Source of the DNA: Lytechinus pictus | Taxonomy: Eukaryota | Assembly (NCBI RefSeq): GCF_037042905.1 | Contig: NC_087245.1 | Coordinates: 5,148,001 to 5,208,000 of the forward strand | Direction of reading: 5' to 3' | DNA: 60,000 nucleotides | Shown: positions 23,275 to 36,533 of the stretch, piece by piece | Layout of the letters: every line of letters starts with the position of its first letter | Numbering within the stretch: the first letter of the stretch is position 1 | Translations under genes and position numbers: made by a program | Notes under the pieces: generated by a model | Seen by the model: the letters and a program-made list of their open reading frames with translations, nothing else | The model's database searches: none | What the model was told of the DNA's origin: nothing

Positions 23275-23515
23275 TTCTTCTGCAGCAACTATATTTTAAT
23301 CCTTATTTGATGTGATTATATGGCGAAATCGAGTGTTGGTTGGATTTGGACGCATGATTAATATTTTGATGTCATAATGTATTCTTCTGCAGCAGTTTTA
23401 TTTTAATCCTTATTTGATGTGAGCATAGGGCGATATCGAGTGTTGATTGGATTTTGAGTCTTTTGGACGCAGAATAATGTATATATATATTTTTTTTTTT
23501 TTTGATGTCATAATT
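23275..23515. repeat. Two-copy ~110-bp tandem duplication
   Basis: ttcttctgcagca..ttttaatccttatttgatgtga..tcgagtgttg.ttggattt..ggacgca..ttttgatgtcataat occurs twice. Confidence 0.85.
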
Positions 23516-24631
23516 TATGAACATTTTTGAAGGCGAAGGGCTGCAAAATAATGGAGTGAATGGCACGTAGTGCATTTTCTCTTTTGATATCCATTCTTGC
23601 GTGACTGAATCGAGTGGTCTTGAGTGTGAGTGAAAATTTGTAGACGCTTCATTGTGGTGCATGGGTGGATTAATGTAGGTATATTGTAAAACGGCAAGCT
23701 CAAAGCAGTCTGGCCATTCAGTATACAATCACGGTGTGGAGAGGGAATGATCGGTCCATGAGAAAGGTAATGTGTGGAAGACAACGACGTTTTGATGGTG
23801 TGTTGTGTGGGTTTGTGTGTGGAAAGGAGGGAGAGAGAAGAACGAGAAAAGAGAGAGAGAGGGGGTAGGGAGGGAGGAGGGTCGAATTTGTTGAGATGTG
23901 AGATTAATCATTTTCATAAATGTATATTTTGATTTGAGAAGATTTTGTCTATTAAGAATTGTAAAAGCTATTGATCAAGCGAAGACATTAATTTACAGAG
24001 GGGTTGAACATAACTATAATTACAAAGTCAAAACAAGGAAACACTATCTGTAAAAAAGAACGGAAGACAAATATACTGTAGACGAATTGGATTACATTCG
24101 AGGGAAATATCCTTATATCAATTTAGAAATAAATAATGGTTATTGTAGTGAATAATAATGATGATGATGATGATAATAATTATAATAATAATAACGATAT
24201 TAATATTTCAGAAAAGAGAAAGCGATGAAGGAGAGTGTGAAACAAGTAAAAAGAAAATGAGTCATTTGCAAATGTGAGTTTCCGTAGTGAAATATAGATC
24301 TTATAATAAATGCATATGAGATGAAATAAAATAAAAGTATACGGCGGCAGGTACACTTCCATCCAAGTGCTCCAGGCGCACAAGTAAAAATAAACAAAAA
24401 TCTGCTTCATAAACAAAGGAACCGAAGTGAGAGCAAACAACATTGACACATCCATTTTGTATCCTGCATTGATTTTTCCCTCCAAAAGTTGATGTTTTTT
24501 TAAATGAAGGGATAAATACAGAGGAAGGGTGGGTGGATGGGGAGGATAGGGAAGATTTTATTCGAGGATTTTATTAATTAATTTCATCTTGCTTTCACAA
24601 GCGAAAGTATGATTAGAAGGTGGTGCTGACG

Positions 24632-25548
24632 TTTTCGTCTTGCCTGCATAGCAGAAGGAGACTTGAAACGCCGCTTTTTCGGTAGTGGCGGCGTCAATGT
24701 CAAATCTTAAACAAAGGTTACGTTTTGGAAATATAACTTAGAAAGTATATAATCCTAGTTTATTAAACTTGGACACAAGAGTAATGAATAAATAAAGTAT
24801 TACTGAACGTCCTGCCTGAGTTTTAGGTCATATGATTAAGGTCAAAGGTCATTTAGGGTCAATGAACTTTGGCCATGTTAGGGTTCTTTGTTGATTTCCG
24901 TCATAACTTTGAAAGTTTTTAGATCAGGGCCCCGTCTTACAAAGAGTTGCGATTGATCCGATCAATCGCAACTATGGACGGCCAGCAACGTCAACATCTA
25001 TTATGCATGTTTGTTCAAATACTTTCTAGCTATGATGTATATTCATGCAATCATTGTTTTCTTGGAAATTCACTGCACTTCTCTTTGCATATAAAATACA
25101 TTGTGCAAATTTTTCGTAGAAAAAAAATGACACTGATGGATTTCCATAGAGTTACGATTGATCGGATCAATCATAACTCCTTGTAAGACGAGGCCCTGGT
25201 TCCTGAAACTTGGACATATAAGAGTAATCAAGTATCACTGAATATCATTTGTGAGTTTCGGTTCACATGACCAAGGTTTGGGGGTATTGTTGAATTGCCA
25301 TCATAACTTTGAAAGTTTATGGATCTCGTTCATGAAATGTAGACATAAGGGTAATCAAGTATCACTGATTGTCTTGCACAAGACAAGTCTTCGGTCACAC
25401 GATCAATTTCAAATGCCATTTGAGGTCAATGAACATAGTATTTTTTATGTTTGTGTGAATGATTATTTTATAGTCCTTTTCAAAGTCAGCACTGCTGCTT
25501 TATTGAATCGGGTAATGCAGACGAGACTGCCAGAGGCACTCTACTTGT
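24632..25548 (+). mobile_element. Diverged HINE-type element interrupted by a MITE
   Basis: Subterminal IR gtcttgcctgcat / atgcagacgagac, 3' hairpin tgccagaggca then cttgt; decayed internal repeats (cataactttgaaagt, aaacttggaca). Confidence 0.7.
24928..25195. mobile_element. PIF/Harbinger-type MITE
   Basis: TIRs ggccccgtcttacaaagagttgcgattgatccgatcaatc / gattgatcggatcaatcataactccttgtaagacgaggcc, flanked by cag / ctg (CWG-type target). Confidence 0.8.
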
Positions 25549-27049
25549 ACGAATATTATTCCAGGTGTATGCGAATCCAAATATAGACTATCTCGCCGTG
25601 TGAGCCTATCCGTCAAGCTGGTTTGTGAACATGATATATTCATATCTACTGCTGATCTAATTAACCCAGTCCATGGAGTAATGTGGGATATATACAGGGA
25701 AGCGGAAGCTTCGGGTAAGATGATTAGTCTCCCATCGAAAAAGAATAGAATGTGAGAAATTATAGGACAATCTATACTCAAAGGAAGATAAAAACAACGC
25801 CAAGACTGTGAAAAATTGTTTAACTGAGGATATGGGGGTCTGTCCCCTAAAACAGCCACTGATCTTTTTAGACCAATCATCGTCATGTTTGAAACGTTAC
25901 TGACTTGTCAAATTGATGTGTATTTATAGTATTAAAACAAATCAAATTTTGGGGTTTTGTATTTCTTACAAGTACATTTCATTGAAACAACAATACAATA
26001 CAAAATGATCTTGCAATGAACTCACAAGATAGGAACCAGTGAATAATAAAGAATTCCAGAAATTATTCTTAAGGCCTTTCAATCTTCATTACATCATTCG
26101 CTTCTTTACGACTTATTGTTCTCAGGTAAATTCGCATGAAAGTAAGATTTACATGAAATTCATATCTCGAATAAGTATATCCTTTCCGCTTCCAAAGTTG
26201 GTTAAATGGACATTTAATCAATACAGCTGTACACGGTTTTTTTTCTGCAAGTAGAAACCATCTCGGTTACGTTTAGAAAAAAATCTACTAAACGAGGGTT
26301 CAATTGAGGACAATCTTTGTTGAGCATGAAGAGGAACGGTTCTGGATGGTTGTTTTATCGGGATTACTAAATGAAATAGACCGACGTTATGGAAGGGGAG
26401 GAGGTCAACTTGTTTCAGCTGAGCTACTTTCATCATCCAGAGTACTACCCCTTTTTAGAAATACGGCTCTTAAACAAGTTAATGGGAATCTTAACTTAGT
26501 CAGTGGGTCGGTCCTTCTAAAATTTAATCGAATTATTTTGGAAAATTTATTTGCTTAAGCATGTCTTAATGGATGAAACATCTGTGATAAGATTTAAGAA
26601 GCTTCTGATATTGTTCAAACGCTCGATTTAAGGACGTGCTATCCTCCATAATAATGTTTCATGTCTATTCTCTGAGCCTGAATTGTGAGTTATGTTTAGT
26701 ACACTATTTAATTCTTAATATGTTTATACAAACGTCTATAAGTGATAAAATGTAAAGCTTCCTACTATGTGAATTGGGGTGGGTTTATTTTTATTGGGGG
26801 AAATGAACCATACACAAACGCACTCAAAATAATTGGTTTCGTGCTCCCGTATCAGGACTGATATGATATACGATTAACGATGAAATCCTTGGCACTTATT
26901 TCCGTGTAATTTAAAATGTTTTAATAATGATATAATGAAATGACAACTTCTAAGTGGGAGCTGCCTTCCGAAGCGAATGAGATCAAAACGAAAATAGATG
27001 ATGAAATATCAAGGGACCTTCAGCAGCCGGTATCATAAGTGTGCTTGTA

Positions 27050-27316
27050 CACTGTTAAAAAAACCTAATTTTACAGAAAAAAAACAGAAGATTTTGCAGA
27101 AATCAATAACAGAATCATCCTGTGAATTCATAAAACAGGAATTTTTCTGCAATTTAACAGAACAGGTCTGTTTAAAAAGGGGAAAATGGTGTTGTAAGGT
27201 TTCATACACCAAATACCAATTTCCTGTAAGATTACGCAATCTGGTAAGATTACAGGTGTTCTCGAGACTCTGCTGCAGGAACTTCTTTTATTTTCAGGAT
27301 TAATTTTCTAACAGTG
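27050..27316. mobile_element. CACTA/EnSpm-like MITE
   Basis: ta|cactgttaaaaaa ... ttttctaacagtg|ta; internal ttacag/ctgtaa repeats. Confidence 0.7.
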
Positions 27317-27342
27317 TAGCTTGACGATAAGTAATGTATATA

Positions 27343-28161
27343 CAGTGCGTCCCACAAAAAACGAAACCGAGATTTATCGATGATTTATCATAACTTAATC
27401 ACAAATACAATAGACAAATGACCTACCATTTTAAAGCTTAGAATCTCCTCTTTCATCTGAAACTACTGAGATTATTTCTCATTTACGCATGAGTGAGCAA
27501 AAACAATTTGAAAAGGGGATACCAAAAAGTCACTTGGCGGGCCGTATCTGGCTTTTAAAAAGAAAACAAAATTTTTGAAAAGTTCAATATCTGCTCTTTA
27601 ATTTGATACCTTAATTACAGAAAATGGTCAAGAAATAACAAAGTTCTGGTTATTTGAAATAAGGCTTGAATTTCAATAATTTCATAAAATGAAGAGGTTT
27701 TACAGGCTAGCGTTCAGCCTCACTCGACACTCCGTGTTGTTGACGATCAGCCATGCATTAAGTCTTTTGTTACCGTGCGATAGCTTCTGTGGGAAACCGG
27801 TGAAAACACGTTTATTTAATGAAATTATGGAAATACAAGCATTGTTTCGAGTGATCATAACTTGTTTACTTCTTGACCATTTTCTGTGATTAAGGTATCA
27901 AACAAAAGAGCAGATATTGAACTTTTTAGTCATGTGATTTTCTTTTTGAAATTCAGATACCCCCCGCCAAATAAGTTTTTGGCATCCTTTCTTCAAATTG
28001 TTTTTGCTCACTCATGCGTGAATGAGGAATAATCTAAGTAATATCAGATGAAAGGGGAGATTCTAAGCTTTACAATGGTAGGTCATTTGTCTATTTTATT
28101 TATGATTAAGTTATGATAAATCATCGCTAAATCTCGGTTTCGTTTTTTCTGGGACGCACTG
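27343..28161. mobile_element. Tc1/mariner-type foldback MITE, copy 2 (same family and orientation as 10668-11482)
   Basis: Same termini, TA TSD and colinear interior. Confidence 0.92.
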
Positions 28162-28270
28162 TACAGTAAACATGTTTGTACTAATGAACTCAACAACTAC
28201 CTATTTTACAGTGTGCACTCCCCCAAAAAGTGACCATTTTAGAAATGCGCACCTAAAAGATGACTTTTAA

Positions 28271-28869
28271 AGGACAAGTCCACCCCAACAAAAAGCTGAT
28301 TTGAATAGACAGAGAAAATTCAAACAAGCATAACACTGAAATTTTCATCAAAATCGGGTGTAAAATAAGAATGTTATAATATTTTAAAGTTTCGCTTAAT
28401 TTCACAAAACAGTTATATGCACATCCTATTGGGTATGCAAATGAGGGGACCGATGACATCACCCACTCACTATTTCTTTTGTATTTTATTATATGAAATA
28501 TGAAATATTTTGATTTTTTCGTCATTTTCATGTGAAACGAAGTTTCATTCCTCCCTGAACACGTGGAATTCCATTATTTTAACATTTTGTGGTTCAGGCA
28601 AGGAGGTCCTAATTGTCAAATTCGTAAAATTGAAATATTGTATAATTCAAACAATAAAAAAAAGAAATAGTGAGTGAGTGACATCATCGACTCTCTTATT
28701 TGCATATCACTGAGTTGAGCATAGAACTGTTTTGCGAAAAATAAGAGAAACTCTAAAATGTCATAATTTTCTTATTTTACATCCGATTTTGATGAAGTTT
28801 TCAGCGTTATTCATGTTTGATTTTCTCTATTTATTTAAATCAACTGTTTTCTTGGGGTAGACTTGACCT
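28271..28869. mobile_element. Kolobok-type MITE
   Basis: ttaa|aggacaagtccacccca ... tggggtagacttgacct|ttaa; long imperfect inverted arms. Confidence 0.8.
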
Positions 28870-29087
28870 TTAACAACACTCAGAGTCGTATTTAGTGATA
28901 TTTACTCGACCTCATGTTATCCTACTCGGCTAAACCGATTTATGAATTTAAGTTGATTAATAGTGTACCAAGTACACCGTAATTTCAAATGCGTTTAGAC
29001 CGCCACATTACCTGTGTCGGAAAAGACAAAACTCTGGTTATGCAAAATCAATGTAAAGGTAGACTTTCCCTCACAAATTTCTTTGAC

Positions 29088-29232
29088 ATGCAAAATAATA
29101 AAAAAATAAGTAAAGGTCCGCAGGGGCCCCAGGATGTCTCGTCTTATAGACGAGACATCCTGGGGCCCCTCGAGACATCCTTGGGCCCCTGCGGACCTTT
29201 ATTTATTTTTTAGTTTTTATTTCTATCTGCAT
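29088..29232. repeat. GC-rich long palindrome with a 20-bp duplication in the right arm
   Basis: taaaggtccgcaggggccccaggatgtctcgtct-tat-agacgagacatcctggggcccct[cgagacatccttgggcccct]gcggaccttta. Confidence 0.9.
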
Positions 29233-29559
29233 TGCACTATTCAATATAACCGCAGACAGATTTTGTGAGAGCAAAAAGGGGAATTTTCTGTCCCTTATTA
29301 TCATGATCACATTCTTTTCGTATTGAGATTAGAGAGGCTCGTCCTTTTATAATGTACTGTTCATCTTTCGTGGAGTGAATGTTCGCTCCTTTCGAAGCGA
29401 CTGTGCATCTTTAGCTCAATTCAATAAAATCTCAATCGAAAAGGACTGATCCCGATTATCTCTCCGAGAGAAGTATGATTAGGGACCTAGTGGAAATCAT
29501 TATTGAAATTGCACTGATCCATTAACAAGATAATCAGTTTACAATTAAGTTTTATGATA

Positions 29560-29868
29560 AACTTTGAAATGATCCTTAAAAAGTCCAAATCTGAAAATTG
29601 ATTTTTTTTTTTAAATTGCTTCCACAGCATTATAAAAATTCATTGGCACAGTTGACTTATGCCCTTGATTATGTGACCTGAATCTCCTGCCAAAATCAGT
29701 GACATTTGACTACACTGTAATCCAAGGTATATGACATAAGCCCTTATTGTTTCAAATATTAAAAAAAATATACATATCTTTGCCGAGATGCGACGTTGAT
29801 GGCGGTGCGCCACCGTCAGAAAAAAGGTGAATATATCTAACTTATGCTCTGATGGTGAGACAAAAAAA
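29560..29868 (-). mobile_element. Decayed 5' fragment of a HINE-type element
   Basis: Minus strand begins ttttttgtctcaccatcagagc..tttttctgacggtggcg, resembling the 5' end of the 24632 element. Confidence 0.4.
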
Positions 29869-31828
29869 TGGTCCTTGCTTTTCAAATTATGGTAAATCTG
29901 AATGAAACGTTAAGAAAATGTGCTTTTTAGGCCTTTCATGTCTGATGTAATTTCGTACATTTTTAACAACTCATCATGATCCCACTGCTTTTTGTTCCTC
30001 ATATTCGAAATGTCAAATCTACATGATTTTCTAAATCGTATTAGGTCGAGTGAACTGAAACCTGTCAATATTCTCACACACACGTCATGTTACAATTATA
30101 TCGTCTAACTACAGCTATAGCGGTATCCCAGGTTCCTTTGATTTATTTTGTGATGATGAATTTTATCTTTGTTTTGCCAGATTAAGTCAAAATGCACATT
30201 CCCTCAGTAACACTAGAAACTGATTTGTCATGCAGTATACACCTCGTGCTTTGTAACTGTATCCAGATTGTCTTATCAGACGGATGCTGACATTTTAATT
30301 GTGGTGTCAAGTGACGCTGTAGGATAGATTTGTAGGAGGTGATAATGAATTGTCTTTGACTTACGGGAAAAGACAGTCCGGAATGATTTAATTTGTTTGG
30401 ATATGGAGGGAAGATATCCCATCAGTTCTTTGAAGTAAAAATCGTACACTGATGTTTATCTTTTACTCTGTTTCTTCCGCCAAACAAAAACCATGCTTTA
30501 CTTTGATTCAGATATCGAATTCCGATTGACAAAGGAAGCATGGAATAATATTGCCATTGTTCTTTAACATGGCACATACGTAATTTGAAATATACAGTTA
30601 GATGAGGTAATTAGGTTAGTAATAAGCACAAAAGTAATCAATGTCAATTTGCAACGAAATGGTTTATGTAAGTAATAATTTTTCTGTTCCTTCCAGCACT
30701 AACAAGTCGACATAGCGTTATCGTGTTAGTGGACCATGGAGTAGACCCAGTATGACGTCTGGTGTTTCTTGAAAGTTAAATTAAAAGGGGAATACGATCA
30801 GAGACTGAGCATACACACGCAGGTCTGACCAGTCTACAGTTTGACCACGATCCTTGAGACATCGCGTTTTGGGAAAATTCACTCTGTCCTCGAGAAAATT
30901 AGTCGATCTTGCACATGCTCAGTCTCTCGTGTGCTCCGCTCCTTGACTTTGAATACCATCAATAAAAAGGCAACTAATGGTCAGTCAACAGCGTGTTCGC
31001 GTGTCTGTCGGCAACAACTCTCTACTTCTCACAGACCTCAATTGTTCAGAACATAAACATCTGGATGTTGAAAACACCAGTGAAAAACAATATTGTACAT
31101 TTCGCCCTTTCTTATTTAATCGCCATCGCGTAATTGGATAAAGAAAAAAAATAGGAAAAAAAACCTCAATCAGGATATTTTGAAAAATACTTTACGGGAT
31201 ATCTTCCCCTGCTGGAAGAAACAGGTCTGTTAAAAACTTAGATGCTTGCTAAGTTTTTATGTTCAAGTGATAAATGAACGGTTCACAAGTTTTAAACGAG
31301 TTCCAACCGATTAGTCTTTGTCATTCAGGCTTTATATGATATTTAGTGTGTTGTCCGTCCTCAACGTACCAAACTGCAAATTGCGAAAAAAGGCCTATTT
31401 CACGAAATGTAGGTACTCAAGTACTCCCGATGAACGTGCGCTCATTCATGATGTACAAGATGCTTAAGTCTGGTTTGCCGCAATCAAGTGGCGGTTTTCT
31501 CACAGACCTCTATTTTTTGTTCTATTACTGTCTTTCCTGTTTGCTCGGCTCTTTGAAGAATGTAGTCTTGGGAATATGCGGTTCAGAAATTTTACTTTTG
31601 CTAGTCTACAAAACTAGTGAATTATTTTAATTTCGAATTCATGATTTGTTTGGATGCGTGAGTTTTAAAGTCTTTATCTAGTTGTATTCATAAGCATCTT
31701 ATAGGTCTTTTTTAAACTTGCTCGATATACGGTTGGTAGACCAATGAAAATAGAAATAAAAACTACCATGGAATGGTTATTACACCATGATTACAGTGAA
31801 TCAAAATTAAACTATTATGGTGACATCA

Positions 31829-32528
31829 CCCTAAAAGGACTGGGTGGGGGGGGGGGGGGGGCATGATGCCCCCCTTCTGATCTCTGCCGCTATTCGCGCG
31901 ATCGTTGCAGAATTTGGCACGCACATTCCTTACCACATAAACTACAAGCCAGTATGTAAAAAAAATCTGAAAATATATTTTTAATTATGAATAAAATATG
32001 CAAATTCATTCGTAAAAAACATTATTTGCAAATTTAACACCCAATTTCACATCACATTTTCTTTTTTACCCCAGATTTCATCTTTGTAATCTAATTTGAT
32101 TATTTCCAGAAAGAAAAAATGCGAAAGCCATTTTTTTCCTTATGTATTTCTTTATTTAGAACATTTCTTATGTATTTCTTTGTTTTTATCTTTTTTTTTC
32201 AATGTAAATTATCACAGACCATTTAACAAATCAATTAAACCCCAAATTAATTAAGCAGACCAATTATAACGAAAAATAATCACCCTTATGACTTTCATAG
32301 ACTTTGTACACAATGTATAAAAATGAGCCATTTTTGGCATGACATTGTCTCGTAAAAAGTCACTTGACGTCGCAATGCTATACCCGTACGTCGCGAATTT
32401 CTCACAAGTTGCGCGAGGCTCCAAAAAACAAAAAAGTCCGAAAATTTGGTAGCGCTATCTTTTTGCTTTTCGGAAATATCGCGCAAAGCGTCGGGGGGGG
32501 GGGGCATCCTGCCCCAGTCCTTGAAGGG
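31829..32528. mobile_element. piggyBac-type non-autonomous element, diverged relative of 35415-36195
   Basis: ccctaaaaggactggg ... cccagtccttgaaggg followed by tttaa; poly-G near both ends; interior colinear with the 35415 element. Confidence 0.7.
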
Positions 32529-33817
32529 TTTAAATGATACTTTATTTTTTTATATATTCTTATGATTTGTAAAAGAATCTTTACAGTGATTCTCACATTG
32601 TAAGCAGTTCATATAATTTTTAATATTTTTTTCTTGATTTATGCAATTACATGAACCAAACTGCAAAACATACATCCTGCTATTGATCGTCTATAGTTAA
32701 TTCTTTTCCAAAGGTAATTGTACACGAGTGGCTTTCCATATTCACATTCTGCATCGTTCTGACTGGTTGATGGATCCATTAAGAGTTCCATCTGTAGCAT
32801 TGCATGGAAATTAAATGTGCAGTATAAAATGTACACTCTGACGCTTAGATTATGAATCCCACATGCATATTGTGGGTGAACATGATGCTATACACTTGAG
32901 ACTGATGCTTATCTTAAGGAGTTGATATAGGTACTTCAACAATGCCCCTAGCACTCAGATTTTTCAGATAATGTTTCATGATTATCGCAGATTTTTCATT
33001 CTTGGAATAAAGAGAAAGGGTTGTACAAAAATCCCGCTTCCTGCTCATTTTACTTTCTAATTTCCTTCCCCTCTCTCTTGCTATTTCCATTCCGAACTAC
33101 ATTTTATTTTTGGCGGCGTTTCCTTTTTCTCCAAACTGTTACCTGGTTGTTAGAACGCGTGTGGCGACTTTCTGCATTACTATGTTCATTTCGTATATCT
33201 TACATCTTAACCCACTCATCCCTGCCTCCCCTTACCCTCTTTGACTGCTGTGTTGTCCAAACAACATAAAATTTGCTGGGGCAAATATTTGATTTTTCTC
33301 TCCTAATCTTCAGTCGGCCTGCGAATACAACAGGCCTATCACTAAAAAATATGTCATGTAACTGTCATGTAACATGTACTCTGTAATGAAAACATACAAA
33401 AGAGCCAACGAACAAATGGAATAAGGTGGTCTTCGGTTTTTGTGTTCCACATCGCGCATTGATAAACCCATGACGGTTTGTTGTAAATACAATGGAACTA
33501 AATCTATTAAAAGATGGATGTGCCAAGATGTTCCAAGAATAATGTTTTCCAGATAACCACTTGACATGCTTACTGCAAATTAATAGAGTGACAAATATAT
33601 TATATCACCTATATCTCTTAGTACTGTGATGGAATCGAACTTATTACTTTTATTACAATCTGGGACTCATCCTGTGTTCTTTTACACAGGTTGGAACTCG
33701 TTTGGTCACGTCTTACCCTAAGCATTTGTGAAACCTTTTACCTCGGGCTAAATCCTTCAAATACCCCCAAACATTTCGATCGCCTTTAAATTGAGTCCTG
33801 ACAGGTTTCATCGCTGC

Positions 33818-33993
33818 TGGGGGGGGGGGGGGGTCAATGAAAGTTATCAGCACTGACCAAATTGTCAGTCCTAAAAACTTCACTGAAATCCTTGGTTTTG
33901 ATTGGCTGAGAGATACTGGCCTCTGACTATTACTATATTAACTGTCGGAAGAAGTCAAATTGTCGGTGCTGAAAACTTTCATGAAACGGTCCC
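33818..33993. mobile_element. Decayed Harbinger-like MITE
   Basis: (g)n-tcaatgaaagttatcagcactgac ... gtcggtgctgaaaactttcatgaaacggtccc inverted ends. Confidence 0.5.
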
Positions 33994-35023
33994 GAGGTCT
34001 GGTCTAACTTAGATATGAAAGAACCACTGGATAATCTGCTTGTAAATACCGAGTGGCACGAGTTTGACTTTTTGTTTGGTGTACTGCGTGTTACACAATA
34101 TAAGTCTAATCACTTGCGGTCATCGAAGCGCTTCATGAGTTCTTGAGAGAAAAGCTTGAGCCTAAACCTTGATTGCGATTTGGAAACCCTTGACGAGTAT
34201 TAATTCGATGATAGTTGGAAAGGGGGTTATTGGTATAGAAGTTCTCAGTTGAGACTTGTGTGTCGAGGTTTTCAAGCATTATGATTCATTTTCGTGACCT
34301 AAATATTTGATTGTCTTCTGATGTAGATTCGTGAATTTGGCATTTTGATGTGAATGGTAAAAATACATACCTTCGTTTGTACAATTGTCGAACCAATATT
34401 CAGTAGTCGGTCTTTTTGTTGGAGAATGAATAGATAGATACAGGAGAGGCAGCGGGATCCCGTTGTAATCAGTTCAAAAATCTTAATTCCCAGGAATACC
34501 TACACGTACTTGGTATCTTTGAGGGAAAGATTTCTGACCCAAATACGTCTGTCACTACTGATCCTATGTATAAAAACAAACGAAATACTGACAGTTCTGA
34601 CTGGAGGTATTGAAGATTGCCAATGAGTACTAGTATTCAGTTTCAGTTCATCACAGCTGAGAATCGGTAAGCACTGGCACGAAGTTGCTTACGCTGTTCA
34701 ATGTTTACGTGATGAAGAAGAGTTACTGCGACGATCCCTTTCCGTCATTCAAAGATTTGTGTTTTCATCGATCACCCTCCCTCTTCTTTCTATCCTTTCT
34801 GGAGTAATGTGACCCCTGTGTTCAGTCTTCTATCAGTTTTCGTGATCAACGTGATTTAGGTTTTATCAAAGAACCACACACTTTGCCGACCGAAAGATAT
34901 TTTTCCGTTCTGAGAATCGACATTGCAAATAATGGATTTCAAAGTAGAAAAAAAGAAAAAAATAGATTGAAAGAAATTAGTCAAATGATAAAGTTTTGGG
35001 TATTTCAAATGTGACAGCACTAA

Positions 35024-35410
35024 AGCCCGGCACACACTATGCGATTCGAATCTCAAAGAAATTGAAATAACATTTGATAGAACATTCCAACCAATCAATT
35101 ATAGCACTCAGAATTCCGAATTTTGATAGGACTACTGAAATCCAAATTCAGTCTAGTTCGGGCCTCCCTGTAGGAATAAAAGCAAATTCAACTCCAAATC
35201 GTAATGACGTCATCATCGCCTGCGACTTGGAGCCGATTTGGACTTTACTCCGAACACAGGGCTTGTCGCAAAGCACAATTATGATTTTATATATTGCTAA
35301 CATAATGCCGAACTTCAAATAGAATAATTTTGCTTCTTGGAAATGTCACATTTACTGCAAACGCGATTTATTTTAAAAAATGCATCGGATCGCGTCGTGT
35401 GCGCCAGGCT
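35024..35410. mobile_element. PIF/Harbinger-type MITE
   Basis: taa|agcccggcacacactatgcgattcga ... tcggatcgcgtcgtgtgcgccaggct|tta (TWA target). Confidence 0.7.
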
Positions 35411-35414
35411 TTAA

Positions 35415-36195
35415 CCCTATCTAGGCCGGGGTATATTTGGAGATCATATGGCCGGGGGGGGGGGGGGGGGGGGGCTCCCAGCCCCCCACCCCCTTGAGAT
35501 CTCGGCCGTCGATAGCGCGATCGTGCCGAAAATTGGCACGCAGCTTGCCTGGAACATAATCTACAAAATTCTGTATTAATTTATTCTATGCAAATCGTTG
35601 TTTACTAATTATGCTAATTTATGCGTAATTAGTATGCAAAATCATACTTTTTCCTCTAATCCCCTAAATAAAGCTCCAAATGTTCTAATTTTTGGTGTAG
35701 AAACTCTTTGTGGTGTTCTCAGCAAATGAACATGAAAAAATTTGCGATATCAGAACAATTTATTATGTATTATATTGTTTTTTGCAATTTCTTATGTATT
35801 TCTTTGTTTTTTTGACCTTTTGTTTTTTATTGTTGTTTCAATGAACTTTTTTGGGGACTCTTTTGAGATCATAAACAGCATAGAATAAATCCATTTAGAC
35901 CAGGAAAACTAAAAATAATCATACAATTATGATTATGGGTTGAAAACACACTTTGCATTGACTTTGTACACGAAATCACGTTTTGAGCAATTTTTGGTCT
36001 GACATGCACTTACAAAATGTTGCATAATTTCGGAACCGCGTACCCGGTCGTCGCAAATTTGGTTTCAAAAGATGCGTAAGATTTGAAAGTAAAAAGTCTG
36101 CGAGTGGCGCGGTCAAAAAATTTCGCGCGGTGAAAATATTGCGCGAATCGTTGAGGGGGGGGGGGGGGCCTCCGAGCCCCCCGGCCTAGATATGG
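35415..36195. mobile_element. piggyBac-type non-autonomous element
   Basis: ttaa|ccctatctaggccgggg ... ccccggcctagatatgg|ttaa. Confidence 0.85.
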
Positions 36196-36533
36196 TTAAG
36201 GATACGGTACTCTCATATTGGCATTATTTCTAGTGATTACATTATTGCAAAATAATAGGGACAAATACCTCATTTGTCATTCACTTGAAGTTGTTCGAAA
36301 CGTTACAATGCACATATTGATTCTCTTTATGGAATCATTGTTAGATATCGAATCATGCATACACTTTTTGTCAATCCGCTATAAATCGAAATCTTAAGTT
36401 GGATCGAACGACTATTTTGCCTTGTTATCAGGCCTGTGAAAACTTATGAAACGGCCAATCACCCCTAGTCTCTTGGTATCGCTACCCAATAATTATTTCG
36501 TTTGATAACCGAATCTAATTTTGTGTCTTACAG

